DNA of 58,686 bases, from contig CAZQSQ010000001.1 in NCBI GenBank assembly GCA_964596325.1, positions 69,070-127,755 on the forward strand, in the 5' to 3' direction. This document shows positions 16,908 to 27,357 of the stretch, in pieces. A program made the translations under genes and the position numbers. Numbering within the stretch: position 1 is the first letter of the stretch; each line of letters starts with the position of its first letter. A model generated the notes under the pieces. That model made no database searches, was not told the DNA's origin, and worked only from the letters and a program-made list of their open reading frames with translations. The stretch is from an uncultured Candidatus Saccharibacteria bacterium. Its GTDB lineage: Bacteria > Patescibacteriota > Minisyncoccia > Minisyncoccales > JAGOPM01.

Positions 16908-19900
16908 TTACTTTTTCTCCAGCCAATACATGATAACGTCAAGGGGCACACTATAACCGTCGCGACAGGCGGCTATTTGCCCGCAGCGTTCAGAGTCTAG
17001 ATATTGGCGGCGGGTCACGGCATTGCCGCGGCTGCAGCTTGAATCGGCAATCAAAATCAAATCATCATCACTGGGTTTTTTGTTCGGATCCTTATAAATG
17101 ACATCGCGCAGCAAAAAGAAGTGTTGGCCCGCTCCCCAGCTGCGGCAACAGCGCACCGAGGCGGGTATCCCCTTGCTTAAAGCACGGCGATACACTTCGT
17201 CAAGTAATTGCGAGCGCGACTCCTCACTGTCGCCAGAGGGCAAAATGCTGACCGCCTGCAAATTTGTTTTGCGGCCAAAGGGCAGCGAATTGTCGATTTC
17301 AACCAACTGGTCATTGATTAGCTTCAAATTACCGATAGTGCCATTGCAACCGCTCCCCCCATTAAGAACAAAAGAAGCTTTGGACCAGCTCATGCCCTTG
17401 TAAACATCCTTATCAAACATGTAACCGCGAACGGCATTATCGGAGTCATACCAATACCTGAGCATATTGGCCATAGTCATCATCGGGCAATCCCCATCGG
17501 CAGCGGCGCCGCATTTATCCGGCTCGCGCAAGAAAACATCATAATATTTTCCGTTGGGTATGCAATCCCCGCCATTGTAGCCACAAACTTGCCTATAAAT
17601 CGTGCTGGGATAACCATTGTGGGAAAAATTCGGCCAAGAGCCCATGGAAACGCGCTTCCAGTAATTTTCAAAATGCACCGAAACCATAAATTTGCATCGC
17701 GGCGGAATTTGGCGCAAGGTATCGACAAAAGATATGGTTTGTGTTTCCTCGTCAAAGACGGGATTAGTCAATTTAATAGTCGTCGACTGGCCGCAAAGCG
17801 GATCGTTGGCTCTTTCTGCAGCTGTCGCCACATGATAAAAAGTCGCCTCAGCGGTTTTGCCGTTCTTAGTCCAAGTATTGGAAGCGGGCTTAAAAAGCAC
17901 TTCCACATTATAATTGACATAACCGCTACTCGGCGAAGTTTCTTTAAGTCGAACGTTGATTGTTCCAGCGGTCGAACCAGCCCCGAGATCGGGAAATTGG
18001 AAAGTAAATCCAGAGAGCTCCGCGCTCACACCCGAGGAATTTTTGACCTTGGCGGAAACAGAAACAATGTCATCAGGCTTGATGAACTTAAAATTTTCCG
18101 ATTGGCGGAATTCATTGCGCTGCGGGATAACCATTTCCAAGGTTCGCCTTGAGATATCGACCTCTTTTTGGATATGGAAAGTCTCGGATACGAGCTTAGG
18201 CTTGGCCCGCTTAACCACATAACTAAGATCGATAAATAATTTTTTCCCTTTGTCCCCGGTTTTTCTCAGATCAAAAATGGCCTTGGCGAATAATTCGCTA
18301 TTTATAACGGTTAAACTTTTTTCCGAATCAAATTCACCTAAAGAAACTCTCGGTCCACTGGCCAAAACCAGAAAACGCCAACCATTACCAGGAACAAAAT
18401 AGCTCCCTCTCATCCCCAAAGCGATGGGCTCCGCAGCCAGATAAACGCAATAAGCCTGCCCACCATCCAAATTCAAATTCGTAAAAGTTATTTTCTCCTC
18501 GCCGCTAAATGCGGGATCCTTATATTCCCTTTCCGCCTCCAAAACCGTGCCCGGTGCCGTAGCTTCTGGGCAAGTGCTGTCAACGGGAATTAATTTTAGT
18601 TTATAGCGGATTTTATTGTTTCCCCCCAAAGTCACAATATTAAATGTTGCCTGCCCGGAACCATCGCCATCGAAATACTTAAAAGATGATTTGACTCCGT
18701 TAATTTGCGGCGGCAAAGCCAAAGTCTTAAATTCATCTTGATTGAGCGAATTAAGGGTGGATTTCTGATTACCCAATCTGACACCGACAATCGCGCGAGC
18801 CGTATAATTCGTATTAACGCACAAAGAATTAAGCGGCACGCTTACAGGATTATCAGATGCTAAATTTAATTCTTTCCCTGAAAGAGAATTGCTTCCGCTG
18901 AGCTTGCAGCCCTTTTCCGTAGCTACCGACCCGCCTAAAGCGCCATAACTGACCGTAATTTTGTCTAATTTGTAGCCCCTCCGAACAGCAAGATAACTCG
19001 TATCAACCCAAACATGCGCTTGAGCCGATCTTTCTTTTACTGGATCAGCCGGATACATGCGCACATATTTATCGGATAAATATGTCGAAGCGAATTTTGG
19101 CGCTGAATAATTTGTCCCGGCCTTGTTAACGGATACTAGTTGATAGCAATAATAGTTACTTGCCTCCAAATTATCAAAATCCCAAGCCAAATCCCGCTTG
19201 ATTAAAGAAGTCGAAAAAACCTTCCCCTTTATGACTTTAACCCGATAATTGCCTTTTTTATCTCGAAGTTCAATATTGCAATCCGGCGCGCCATCAAAGG
19301 CAAAAACATCACTTTCGTAAAGCAAGGCGTAAATTTGGCCATTGCCATCACCACCATTATCCTTGAGCTGACCTTCGATTTTGAGTTTATTTGTTCCGAT
19401 TCGCTGCCCGAATTTTTCCTCACGCTCGACAACATCATAAAGCTGCAAATTAGCCGCTTCGTAATCCTGCGTTAAGATTGGCGCAAAAGCGCTTGAAAAG
19501 GTCTTGTTCAAAAAATTTCGTATCCGGGCCTGCGCGCAATAGCCGGAACCGCTTTTTAACCCAGAAAGCACATACTTAAAAGTATCGCCCTGCCTTAATC
19601 CTTGCACCGTGCCCAAAGACAGCCGCACATCATAACGAGCCAATAAATCCTTATACTCTTTGGACTTTTCGTTTTTCCCCGCGGCTTTGAGCTTGGCCAT
19701 GGCGCTTTCGATTTCTTGGCCGACTGACCGGCAAGTTTGGTATGCCGTGCTGGCGGCAATATCGAGTTTCCTATCAGACTTAAAAACCCAAAACCAACCA
19801 TAGGCCCCATCCTCAATCGCGGAAACTTTAGCCTCCAACATCGCCGTTTCGTATCCGGCCAGATGATTTTGGACAATCTCCACCGGGCTGGCAATCTCGA

Positions 19901-21713
19901 AACATTTTTGTCCGGCCAAATCAATCAAAGTCTCGCCGGTAGAATTATTTTTAACCGCGGCCGCATAGCAATAGCTTTGCGCTAAGCCCATACCGCTTTG
20001 GCTGAAAAAAGAACCTTGGAAAAAGCCATCATTGCGGGCAGCAATCAAATATTCTGTAGTTTTTTCCATGCCCTTGCCGATCTTTTTGGTAAGCACTGCG
20101 CTTTTCTGGGCCGTCTTTTCATTAAATTCCTCACCTTGTTTCCAGTAATACACCCAATAGCTGACACTCAGACCATACTGGCTCTGACTAAAACTCCCCC
20201 AAGAAGCCTTAAATCTTATCGGACTGGGAAAATTGTCATAGGAATAGCCGCCAGTCGATAAAGCCGGTGTAGCGGGCTTGAGGGGAGCCGCGGGCGTTTC
20301 TTTTTTACCACCTGCTTCGCTTGGCGGGCCCACGATAGGTTTAGTTTTTGGCAAATTAGGCCAAGAACTTTCCGGCCCGATACAAATTTCTTTACCGTAG
20401 CTGACCCCCGCCTTATTAATCGCCGCCGCTCTGTAACAATAGTCGCCCTGCTTTTTGGCCGCGCTATACCCTGAAATTTTTTGCCCGACTTTGGCATCAA
20501 AGGCTCCAACTTGTTCCAATTTGGCACCGGAGTATCTGGCGCGCACCTCAAACCAAACACGTCCCGGCGCAGCTTGGCCGGCTTTTTGATTGGCTTGATC
20601 TTTAGCGCCACCAAACCCGTCAAATTTTAGGATAGCCGAAATTTCATCTTTGGCCGCTCCTTTATTATTGCCATAATCAAAAGGTTGCGTTTCCACTTTC
20701 GGAAAATAATAAATATTATTACCGCAAATCCGCCCACCATACCATTTGCCCGCCGAATTAGTAGCCACTAAACCATAGCAATAGCCCTTGGGCAAAGAAA
20801 AATCACTGACCGATATCTCCACTGGGCCCATGGTATATTTTTGGGCCGTGGCAATAGTTAAAATATCATCAAAAAAGGCCGTGCCCGCATAACCGGCTTG
20901 GCCTTTGGGATATTTATCCGGGCTGGTTTTCACCTCAGTATTCAAAAATTTGCCAAGCTCAATCTCTGGAAAAATCTGCACTGCAATTTTTGTTTCAGCC
21001 GCGCCGCCCGAACGCTGCAAATTGCCCCTGAAAATAATACTATTGGCAGAAATGCTGGCAAAGTTAGTTTCAATTCTTGGGCCGCTGACTTTGGGTGGGT
21101 TCTCGCAAACCAATAATGGCCGCGTTACCGACTGCGCGTAGACTCTCCCATCTTTGTTCAGCAGGGTGAATTGGAAGCGGCAAAAACAATCGCCTCGGCT
21201 CAAATTCGTCCGAAACTTTGGCCAAACAAATTCCACAACAGAACTCTTGGCTGCTATTTTACCCGCATCCCGAAATTTGTCCTGCGTCAAACTGTCCAAA
21301 TCCTTGGCACAGGCAATTTTGGTATTCAAATCCGTGATCTCGTCGTAGGCTTGCCAACTGCCTGAAGGCTGGCCGGAATTATATATGGAAAACAACAAGT
21401 AATCACCCTTCGCGGGCAATTTGGCAAAATAAATATTTTGTTCCTCGGAGATATTAAAAGAATCGGCCGTATCCGTATAGCCGGCGCGCTCTATGGTATG
21501 AACTTCGCTGCGGAAACTTTTGGCTTTTACGGCTGGGTCGGCCTGGGAGGCATTCTCATAAGCACCAATAAAAAGAGAATTGATTATTAACGGGCAGGGT
21601 CTGGCCACCCCCGAAGAAATGCAGTATTTGCTAGCCTCCATGGCAGAAGCGCTGCCAATACTAAATATGAACAAAAATGCAAAAACCAAAAAATAGAAAA
21701 ATCTTTCGGACAT
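16908..21713 (-). CDS. Giant secreted protein (about 1600 aa) with FN3-like repeats and a possible C-terminal C39-like/papain-fold cysteine peptidase domain.
   Basis: The ATG at 21713 gives MSERFFYFLVFAFLFIFSIGSASA, a signal peptide. Repeated ...YCY-x-L/A-x-x-N-x-AG-x-x-Y... motifs (YCYRAAAINKAGVSYG, YCYQLVSVNKAGTNYS, YCYGLVATNSAGKWYG) suggest FN3-like beta-sandwich repeats. The C-terminus has GDCPMMTMANMLRYW ... GQHFFLLRDV ... DDDLILIAD, with Cys, His and Asp in the order and spacing of peptidase C39-like domains. Confidence 0.7.
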   Translation of the reverse strand: MSERFFYFLVFAFLFIFSIGSASAMEASKYCISSGVARPCPLIINSLFIGAYENASQADPAVKAKSFRSEVHTIERAGYTDTADSFNISEEQNIYFAKLPAKGDYLLFSIYNSGQPSGSWQAYDEITDLNTKIACAKDLDSLTQDKFRDAGKIAAKSSVVEFVWPKFRTNLSRGDCFCRFQFTLLNKDGRVYAQSVTRPLLVCENPPKVSGPRIETNFASISANSIIFRGNLQRSGGAAETKIAVQIFPEIELGKFLNTEVKTSPDKYPKGQAGYAGTAFFDDILTIATAQKYTMGPVEISVSDFSLPKGYCYGLVATNSAGKWYGGRICGNNIYYFPKVETQPFDYGNNKGAAKDEISAILKFDGFGGAKDQANQKAGQAAPGRVWFEVRARYSGAKLEQVGAFDAKVGQKISGYSAAKKQGDYCYRAAAINKAGVSYGKEICIGPESSWPNLPKTKPIVGPPSEAGGKKETPAAPLKPATPALSTGGYSYDNFPSPIRFKASWGSFSQSQYGLSVSYWVYYWKQGEEFNEKTAQKSAVLTKKIGKGMEKTTEYLIAARNDGFFQGSFFSQSGMGLAQSYCYAAAVKNNSTGETLIDLAGQKCFEIASPVEIVQNHLAGYETAMLEAKVSAIEDGAYGWFWVFKSDRKLDIAASTAYQTCRSVGQEIESAMAKLKAAGKNEKSKEYKDLLARYDVRLSLGTVQGLRQGDTFKYVLSGLKSGSGYCAQARIRNFLNKTFSSAFAPILTQDYEAANLQLYDVVEREEKFGQRIGTNKLKIEGQLKDNGGDGNGQIYALLYESDVFAFDGAPDCNIELRDKKGNYRVKVIKGKVFSTSLIKRDLAWDFDNLEASNYYCYQLVSVNKAGTNYSAPKFASTYLSDKYVRMYPADPVKERSAQAHVWVDTSYLAVRRGYKLDKITVSYGALGGSVATEKGCKLSGSNSLSGKELNLASDNPVSVPLNSLCVNTNYTARAIVGVRLGNQKSTLNSLNQDEFKTLALPPQINGVKSSFKYFDGDGSGQATFNIVTLGGNNKIRYKLKLIPVDSTCPEATAPGTVLEAEREYKDPAFSGEEKITFTNLNLDGGQAYCVYLAAEPIALGMRGSYFVPGNGWRFLVLASGPRVSLGEFDSEKSLTVINSELFAKAIFDLRKTGDKGKKLFIDLSYVVKRAKPKLVSETFHIQKEVDISRRTLEMVIPQRNEFRQSENFKFIKPDDIVSVSAKVKNSSGVSAELSGFTFQFPDLGAGSTAGTINVRLKETSPSSGYVNYNVEVLFKPASNTWTKNGKTAEATFYHVATAAERANDPLCGQSTTIKLTNPVFDEETQTISFVDTLRQIPPRCKFMVSVHFENYWKRVSMGSWPNFSHNGYPSTIYRQVCGYNGGDCIPNGKYYDVFLREPDKCGAAADGDCPMMTMANMLRYWYDSDNAVRGYMFDKDVYKGMSWSKASFVLNGGSGCNGTIGNLKLINDQLVEIDNSLPFGRKTNLQAVSILPSGDSEESRSQLLDEVYRRALSKGIPASVRCCRSWGAGQHFFLLRDVIYKDPNKKPSDDDLILIADSSCSRGNAVTRRQYLDSERCGQIAACRDGYSVPLDVIMYWLEKK

Positions 21714-21770
21714 ATTCTTAGCTAATAATAACAAAAAACCCCGGCTAAAAGTAGCAAGGGTTGTGAATAG

Positions 21771-23234
21771 TTATTGCGCATCCAATATTTTTTTTAAGAC
21801 GTCTCTGGCCACATCGGGCTTAGCCCTTCCCTTCATTTCTTTCATTACGCCGCCCACCAAGAACATAATGGCATTCTCTTTGCCTTTTTTATAATCGGCC
21901 ACCGATTTCGGATTTTCTTGGATAACTTTTTGCGCCACTTGGGCTATGGCCTGCGCATCATCAATCTGGGTCAGGCCAAGGTCTTGGATAAGATGGCCCG
22001 GATCGGCGCCCGTGGCAAACATTTTGGCCAAAACAACTTTGGCGCTCGCACTGTTTACTTCCCCGGCATTAACCTTGGCAATAAATTCAGCAAAATTTTC
22101 CGGAGCAATCGGCCACTTATTATCATCTTTTTGGGTGGCCCACATCAAAGCTAAATAATCGTTTATCAGATAATTGCTGGCTAATTTTACCAGTTTTTTG
22201 AAATCCCCCTTGGTTTTTTCCGCCTTGGCCGCTTCGCCCAATTCGGTGCAAATTTTCTCATAATAATCGGCTAATTCCCGATTATTGACTAAAACCTCCA
22301 CGGATTTGAGATCCAGCTCGAATTCCCGCGCAAAACGGGCGCGCTTATCCCATGGCAATTCAGGAATTTCATGCTTCAAAGAATCTATATCCCATTTGGA
22401 AAAATCCAAAACCGGAATATCGGGCTCGGGAAAATACCGATAATCACTAGAACCTTCTTTGCTCCTCTGTGCAACCGTAATTCCTCTGACCGCGTCAAAG
22501 CCGCGTGTTTCCTGCACAATTTTTTCATTGGCCATGATCGCCTTCACCTGCCGGTCGATTTCATAATTAATGGCCCGCTCGGCATTGGCAAAACTGTTGA
22601 TGTTTTTTACCTCAACCTTAGTGCCGAATATTTCACTCTCTGAAACGGAGATATTAACCTCAAGGCGCAACTGCCCCTTTTCCATATCCCCATCGCAAAC
22701 ATTAAGGTAACGCAGTAAAAGCTGCAATTCTTGCCCGAATTTTTTAGCTTCCTCGCCGGAAGTAATATCAGGTTCGGTTACTAATTCCAGCAGAGGCACG
22801 CCGGCCCGATTATAATCAACTAAGGTTTGGCCGTTTTGGTGGAAATTTTTGGCCGCATCCTCTTCCAAATGTATTCTTTTTATCCTGATTTTTTTCTCCC
22901 CGATTACCAAAAACCCATTTTCGCAAATCGGCAGATCGAATTGGGAAATTTGGTAACCCTTAGGCAGATCCGGATAAAAATAATTTTTGCGGTCAAACTT
23001 GGAATTCTTGGCAATGGAACAATTAAGCGCTATGCCGGTTTTGATAACCTCTTTTATCGCTTCTTCATTAGGCACGGGAAGTACTCCGGGTTGTCCGGTG
23101 CAAACAGGACAAATATTTTTGTTGGGCTCGATTTGGTGCGTAGAATTGGCACACGAACAAAACATTTTGCTTTGCGTTTTAAGCTCAGCATGTATTTCCA
23201 AACCAATTGTGGGGCGGAAAGCGCGCTCGGCCAT
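21771..23234 (-). CDS. gatB: Asp-tRNA(Asn)/Glu-tRNA(Gln) amidotransferase subunit B.
   Basis: IGLEIHAEL...KMFCSCANS...ICPVCTGQPGVLPV and the C-terminal GatB/YqeY helical domain; 487 aa. Confidence 0.95.
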   Translation of the reverse strand: MAERAFRPTIGLEIHAELKTQSKMFCSCANSTHQIEPNKNICPVCTGQPGVLPVPNEEAIKEVIKTGIALNCSIAKNSKFDRKNYFYPDLPKGYQISQFDLPICENGFLVIGEKKIRIKRIHLEEDAAKNFHQNGQTLVDYNRAGVPLLELVTEPDITSGEEAKKFGQELQLLLRYLNVCDGDMEKGQLRLEVNISVSESEIFGTKVEVKNINSFANAERAINYEIDRQVKAIMANEKIVQETRGFDAVRGITVAQRSKEGSSDYRYFPEPDIPVLDFSKWDIDSLKHEIPELPWDKRARFAREFELDLKSVEVLVNNRELADYYEKICTELGEAAKAEKTKGDFKKLVKLASNYLINDYLALMWATQKDDNKWPIAPENFAEFIAKVNAGEVNSASAKVVLAKMFATGADPGHLIQDLGLTQIDDAQAIAQVAQKVIQENPKSVADYKKGKENAIMFLVGGVMKEMKGRAKPDVARDVLKKILDAQ

Positions 23235-23304
23235 ATATTTATTGCCTTCAGGATAACAGGAAATTGTAAGCCTTTCAAACCGTTGCTATACTGGATTTGA
23301 ACCT

Positions 23305-25026
23305 ATGAAACCTATAAAAATACTATTTCTCGCCTTGGCCGCCTGCCTTTTTTGGCTTTCCCCGGCGAAGGCCAATGAAATCAGCGCCTTCCACTCGGAG
23401 ATAACCATCAATAAAGACGCTTCTATTTCCATCAAAGAAAATATCGAGGCCAATGTTACCGCCGGCCCCCTGCACGGCATTTATCGGTTTATTCCGGTTA
23501 ATTACCATGCTAAAAACGGCAAAGATTTTTCCTTGCCGGTCCAAAATTTTCAGGTAGTGGATGCTTTTGGCCAACCCCTGCCATTCCAAAAAACCGCCCA
23601 GGGCGATTATTGGAAATTCCGCATCGGCGACCCAAACAATACTTTCAGCGGGAAAAAATTATTTATCATTTCCTACGATATCGCCGCTGCCATAAATTAT
23701 TTTGATAATTTTGACGAATTGTATTGGAATATCACGGGCAATAATTGGGATTGGCCAATAAACAACCCAAGCGCCACAGTTTTTTTGCCAAGCGGCCTAG
23801 CTCCGGAAAAACTGCAAATAGCCTGCTATCAGGGCCCGGTCGGCAGCCAAGCTGGTTGCCAAAGCCGATATAATCCGGAAAATAATTCCGTTTCCTTTCA
23901 AGGAAACCCGGTTCTGCAACCGGGCGAAGGCTTGACCGTTGCCCTCGGCTTTAATAAAGGCTTAGTGGAAATTAAAGAAAGAAAATATGCCCCTCTGGCC
24001 TCCCGGGATACCATTTGGCTCCTGGCAGCTTTGGGAGCGATATTTTTTGCCTTTACTATCTGGCATTTTTGGAAAAATGGGCGGGATCCCAAAGACGATA
24101 AGCCCATTGTGGCACAATACGAACCATTGCCGAATTTAACACCCTTGGATGGCGGAGCCATTTATAATAATTATCATTTTGCCAGTGCGTCTTTGAGCGG
24201 GCAGATAATTTGGCTGGCGGTAAATGGATTTATCCGATTGGTAAAAAAAGAAAAAGAAGGTTTTTGGGGCACAAAATCCGCCAATTATATTTTTGAAGAC
24301 TTAAATAAAGATAATTCTTCCCTGCCCGAACCAGACAGAAAAATTTTAGGCATTGTGGCGGGGAAAAGCCTGGCCTATTTCAAGGGCGAAGAGGCAAAAA
24401 TGTTCGCATCGCGCGCGCCATTGCGCCTAGACATCAAAAATCTGATGGATGTTCCCTTGGAATTTTTTAAGTCACAAGGTTATGCTCAAAACCAACGGAC
24501 ATTAGGCGGATATTTTGCCTACATAGCGAGCAGCGCTATCATCATAATCGGCTTTCTCCTATTGCAAAGCGAAACTAATTTTCCTTTGGCATTATTTTTA
24601 TTATTAATGGGAATATATTGGTTACTGCTTAACTTGTGTTATTCAAAACAGACGCTTCTGGGCAGTCAAACGAAAAATCACCTAAAGGGACTCAAACTTT
24701 ATTTGGGTGTTGCCGAAAAGGACCGGCTCGAATTCCATAATGCGCCGGAAAAAACTCCTGAGCTTTTCGATAAACTCCTGCCCTGGGCTATTATGCTTGG
24801 CGTAGAAAAAAAATGGCAGACGCAGTTCCAAGATATCCAAATGCCCCCGCGCCCTTGGTATGTAGGCTCCAATGTTGGCGATAATTTGGCCCTCGGGGCT
24901 TTAATGAGCGATATTAGCTCTCTAAGCCACGACTTGAATAGCGGTTTTGCCAGTGGCACTTCCGCCTCGGGCGGCGGAGGTTCGGCGGGCGGTGGCGGTG
25001 GCGGAGGTGGCGGCGGAGGTTGGTAA
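23305..25026 (+). CDS. DUF2207-family membrane protein with a poly-Gly C-terminal tail.
   Basis: A signal peptide, then the N-terminal ...ISIKENIEANVTAGPLHGIYRFIPVNY typical of DUF2207, several TM helices, and a C-terminal GGGGSAGGGGGGGGGGGW tail. Confidence 0.6.
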   Translation: MKPIKILFLALAACLFWLSPAKANEISAFHSEITINKDASISIKENIEANVTAGPLHGIYRFIPVNYHAKNGKDFSLPVQNFQVVDAFGQPLPFQKTAQGDYWKFRIGDPNNTFSGKKLFIISYDIAAAINYFDNFDELYWNITGNNWDWPINNPSATVFLPSGLAPEKLQIACYQGPVGSQAGCQSRYNPENNSVSFQGNPVLQPGEGLTVALGFNKGLVEIKERKYAPLASRDTIWLLAALGAIFFAFTIWHFWKNGRDPKDDKPIVAQYEPLPNLTPLDGGAIYNNYHFASASLSGQIIWLAVNGFIRLVKKEKEGFWGTKSANYIFEDLNKDNSSLPEPDRKILGIVAGKSLAYFKGEEAKMFASRAPLRLDIKNLMDVPLEFFKSQGYAQNQRTLGGYFAYIASSAIIIIGFLLLQSETNFPLALFLLLMGIYWLLLNLCYSKQTLLGSQTKNHLKGLKLYLGVAEKDRLEFHNAPEKTPELFDKLLPWAIMLGVEKKWQTQFQDIQMPPRPWYVGSNVGDNLALGALMSDISSLSHDLNSGFASGTSASGGGGSAGGGGGGGGGGGW

Positions 25027-25060
25027 AAAACAAAAGCCCCTGGCGGGGCTTTTTATTTCT
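25027..25060. terminator. Bidirectional terminator between the convergent DUF2207 and mazG-like genes.
   Basis: AAAAGCCCC-TGGC-GGGGCTTTTTATTT, with A/T tracts on both sides. Confidence 0.6.
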
Positions 25061-25439
25061 TCTTTTTTTCCAAAACCTTGCGTTCTTTTTTCAGGTTACG
25101 GTTATTCGCGCAATGCTCGCTGAATTTTTCGCCATAGCGGGCTTTGAGCTTGGCAATGTTGGCTTCCCAAACATCTTCAAAATCCAAATCGAGCGCATTG
25201 CAAGCGATAGCTAAAAACCAAAAAATATCACCCATTTCTTCCTTCAAATGAACTTTATCCAATTCGCGGCCATAAAAAATATGCGCTTTAAGCGGGCTAA
25301 GCAACTCCCCTGCTTCGCTAGCCACGCCCATTAAACCGTGGAGTAATCTGGCGGTTTTTTCATCAACCCTTTTGGCTGGCGGATTATAGTCTTTAGTTTC
25401 GGTGACCTTGGCTAATTCGATATAATCTTTTGAGTTCAT
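25053..25439 (-). CDS. MazG-like nucleoside triphosphate pyrophosphohydrolase (all-alpha NTP-PPase).
   Basis: LLHGLMGVASEAGEL...KEEMGDIFWFLAIACNALDLDFEDVWEANIAKLKARY matches the MazG/dimeric dUTPase-like EExxD motifs. It overlaps the glyA stop by 4 nt. Confidence 0.75.
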   Translation of the reverse strand: MNSKDYIELAKVTETKDYNPPAKRVDEKTARLLHGLMGVASEAGELLSPLKAHIFYGRELDKVHLKEEMGDIFWFLAIACNALDLDFEDVWEANIAKLKARYGEKFSEHCANNRNLKKERKVLEKKKK

Positions 25440-26650
25440 ATTTTTATCTTTTGGAATTTTTTGCGTAAAGCAATCGCCTTTTTGCCAACTGCCTTAGCCG
25501 GTTTCTTTTTTATCAACAGTTCGTGGAAAAGCTTGGCAATGAGCTTCATCTCTTTTTCTTTCATGCCAAAACGGGTCATTTCCTGCGCGCCCAAACGCAA
25601 GCCGCCCGGATTCATGGCACTTTCATCCCCGGGAATCATATTTTTATTGCAAATGATATTGGCGTCTTCAAGTAATTGGGCGCAGGTGGCACCACCGCCT
25701 TGCTTGCCAACGTCTAAAAGAATTTGGTGGGTATGGGTAAAACCCTTGTCTTTATATAAAACAGCAAAACCAAGCTTATCGAGTTCCTGCGCCAAGGCCT
25801 TGGCATTTTTCACTACCTGCTCGGCATATTTTTTTCCATTTTTTTCGAATTCCTTAAATGCCACATACAATGCCGGAATGTGGTGCAAATGATGCGAAGA
25901 CAAAATTCCGGGAAAAACCTTGCGCTGAATATTTTTTTGCTCCTCCTCGCTTAGATTGCCGATTATTATACCTCCTTGAGGCCCGGGAAAAGTCTTGTGT
26001 GTGCTTGCCACTAAGACATCAGCCCCCAGGCTTAATGGGTTTTGGAATACTCCGGCCATTATCAGCCCGAAAACATGCGCCCCATCATAGATAATTTTAG
26101 TGCCGATTCGCTTGCACATTTCGGCCAATTCTTTTACGGGTTGTTCCAGTAAAATAACCGAGCCGCCCAAAATTAGACCCGCAGGTCTAATTTTTTCGAT
26201 CCGGTTGCGCGCGGCAAAAACATTTATCGTCCCATCCGGATTCATGGGTAAATGCTCAATATTAAGGCCGGAAAGCCCGGCCGCGCCGATCTTCTCGTGG
26301 CTGATATGCGAACCACCGGCCAAGCCGAGCGTAAAAATAGTATCGCCACGCTTAAATATCCCGGAAAAAGCCGCTAGATTAGCTACCGCCCCGGAAACCG
26401 GGCGCACTTCGACAAAATTGGCATTAAACTTCTTCTTGAAAGCCTCAACGCAAAGATTTTCCATCTCGTCAAAATATTTGAGGCCCTGATAAAAACGGCG
26501 GCCGGGCAACCCTTCGGCGTAGCGGCCGGCTAAATCTGTGCAATATGCCTTTTTAACCGCTTCCGACATTACATTTTCGGAAGCAATCAAGTTCAGGCAG
26601 CTATTGCGCCAAGCTGTATGCTCTTTTAATAGTTTTTCCATTTTCTTCAT
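25436..26650 (-). CDS. glyA: Serine hydroxymethyltransferase.
   Basis: LIASENVMS...THKTFPGPQGGII carries the PLP-lysine motif; 404 aa. Confidence 0.9.
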   Translation of the reverse strand: MKKMEKLLKEHTAWRNSCLNLIASENVMSEAVKKAYCTDLAGRYAEGLPGRRFYQGLKYFDEMENLCVEAFKKKFNANFVEVRPVSGAVANLAAFSGIFKRGDTIFTLGLAGGSHISHEKIGAAGLSGLNIEHLPMNPDGTINVFAARNRIEKIRPAGLILGGSVILLEQPVKELAEMCKRIGTKIIYDGAHVFGLIMAGVFQNPLSLGADVLVASTHKTFPGPQGGIIIGNLSEEEQKNIQRKVFPGILSSHHLHHIPALYVAFKEFEKNGKKYAEQVVKNAKALAQELDKLGFAVLYKDKGFTHTHQILLDVGKQGGGATCAQLLEDANIICNKNMIPGDESAMNPGGLRLGAQEMTRFGMKEKEMKLIAKLFHELLIKKKPAKAVGKKAIALRKKFQKIKI

Positions 26651-27357
26651 ACTTGCGGCTTTTCGATATGCGCCTCCAGCGCGTTTTCATCTATTACAAA
26701 ATCATCAAAAATAACCGGTATTCTTTGCTTTACATCTTTTAATAAATTAACCATGGCGTGCCTAATCTCCCAGTGCGCCTTCTTATCGCAGCGAAGCTTA
26801 AAAACGTGCCGCCATTCACGCAAATTGGCCGTCATGACTATTTGGGATTCAATGCCGGTGGGCAATAATTGGCGTGCGTCCTCGGGCAGCCAACCGGCAA
26901 GGCGTAAACCCCGATACATCTGTTCATTAAGCGCAACCCAATCTTTTGCGGAAAGTTTCAAAACTGCTTTAACCGGAGCTTCACCAATGATTATCTCCAC
27001 CAGTTTTTCATTTTCGTCTTTATGCGGAGGCAAGACAACGCGAAATTCTTTTTCATCCACATAGCGCGTGCTTTCTTGCGTAAAAGAAGCGACGCGGTGG
27101 CGCACAAGCTCATGGGTCATGCCCCGCGAATATCCGGAAAACTCCACGCTCATAGAGCTATGCTCTAGCACGCTTTCGTGCCCTAGTCTTCTTATCATTT
27201 CACAAAATTTCTCTGCTGTGCCCTGCCCGATTTTATCCCGGCTCTGATAAGCCGTGCGCCCGGCTTCTTCGACTAACTGCAAAGGGTTTTCACCGCTAAA
27301 CCCCGACATTATGCCTAAAATCCGATATTTCCCGGCATTTTTTAATACTTCAGCCAT
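26647..27357 (-). CDS. thyX: Flavin-dependent thymidylate synthase.
   Basis: Contains the ThyX signature RHRVASFTQESTRY (RHRxxSxxxxSxRY). Confidence 0.9.
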   Translation of the reverse strand: MAEVLKNAGKYRILGIMSGFSGENPLQLVEEAGRTAYQSRDKIGQGTAEKFCEMIRRLGHESVLEHSSMSVEFSGYSRGMTHELVRHRVASFTQESTRYVDEKEFRVVLPPHKDENEKLVEIIIGEAPVKAVLKLSAKDWVALNEQMYRGLRLAGWLPEDARQLLPTGIESQIVMTANLREWRHVFKLRCDKKAHWEIRHAMVNLLKDVKQRIPVIFDDFVIDENALEAHIEKPQV

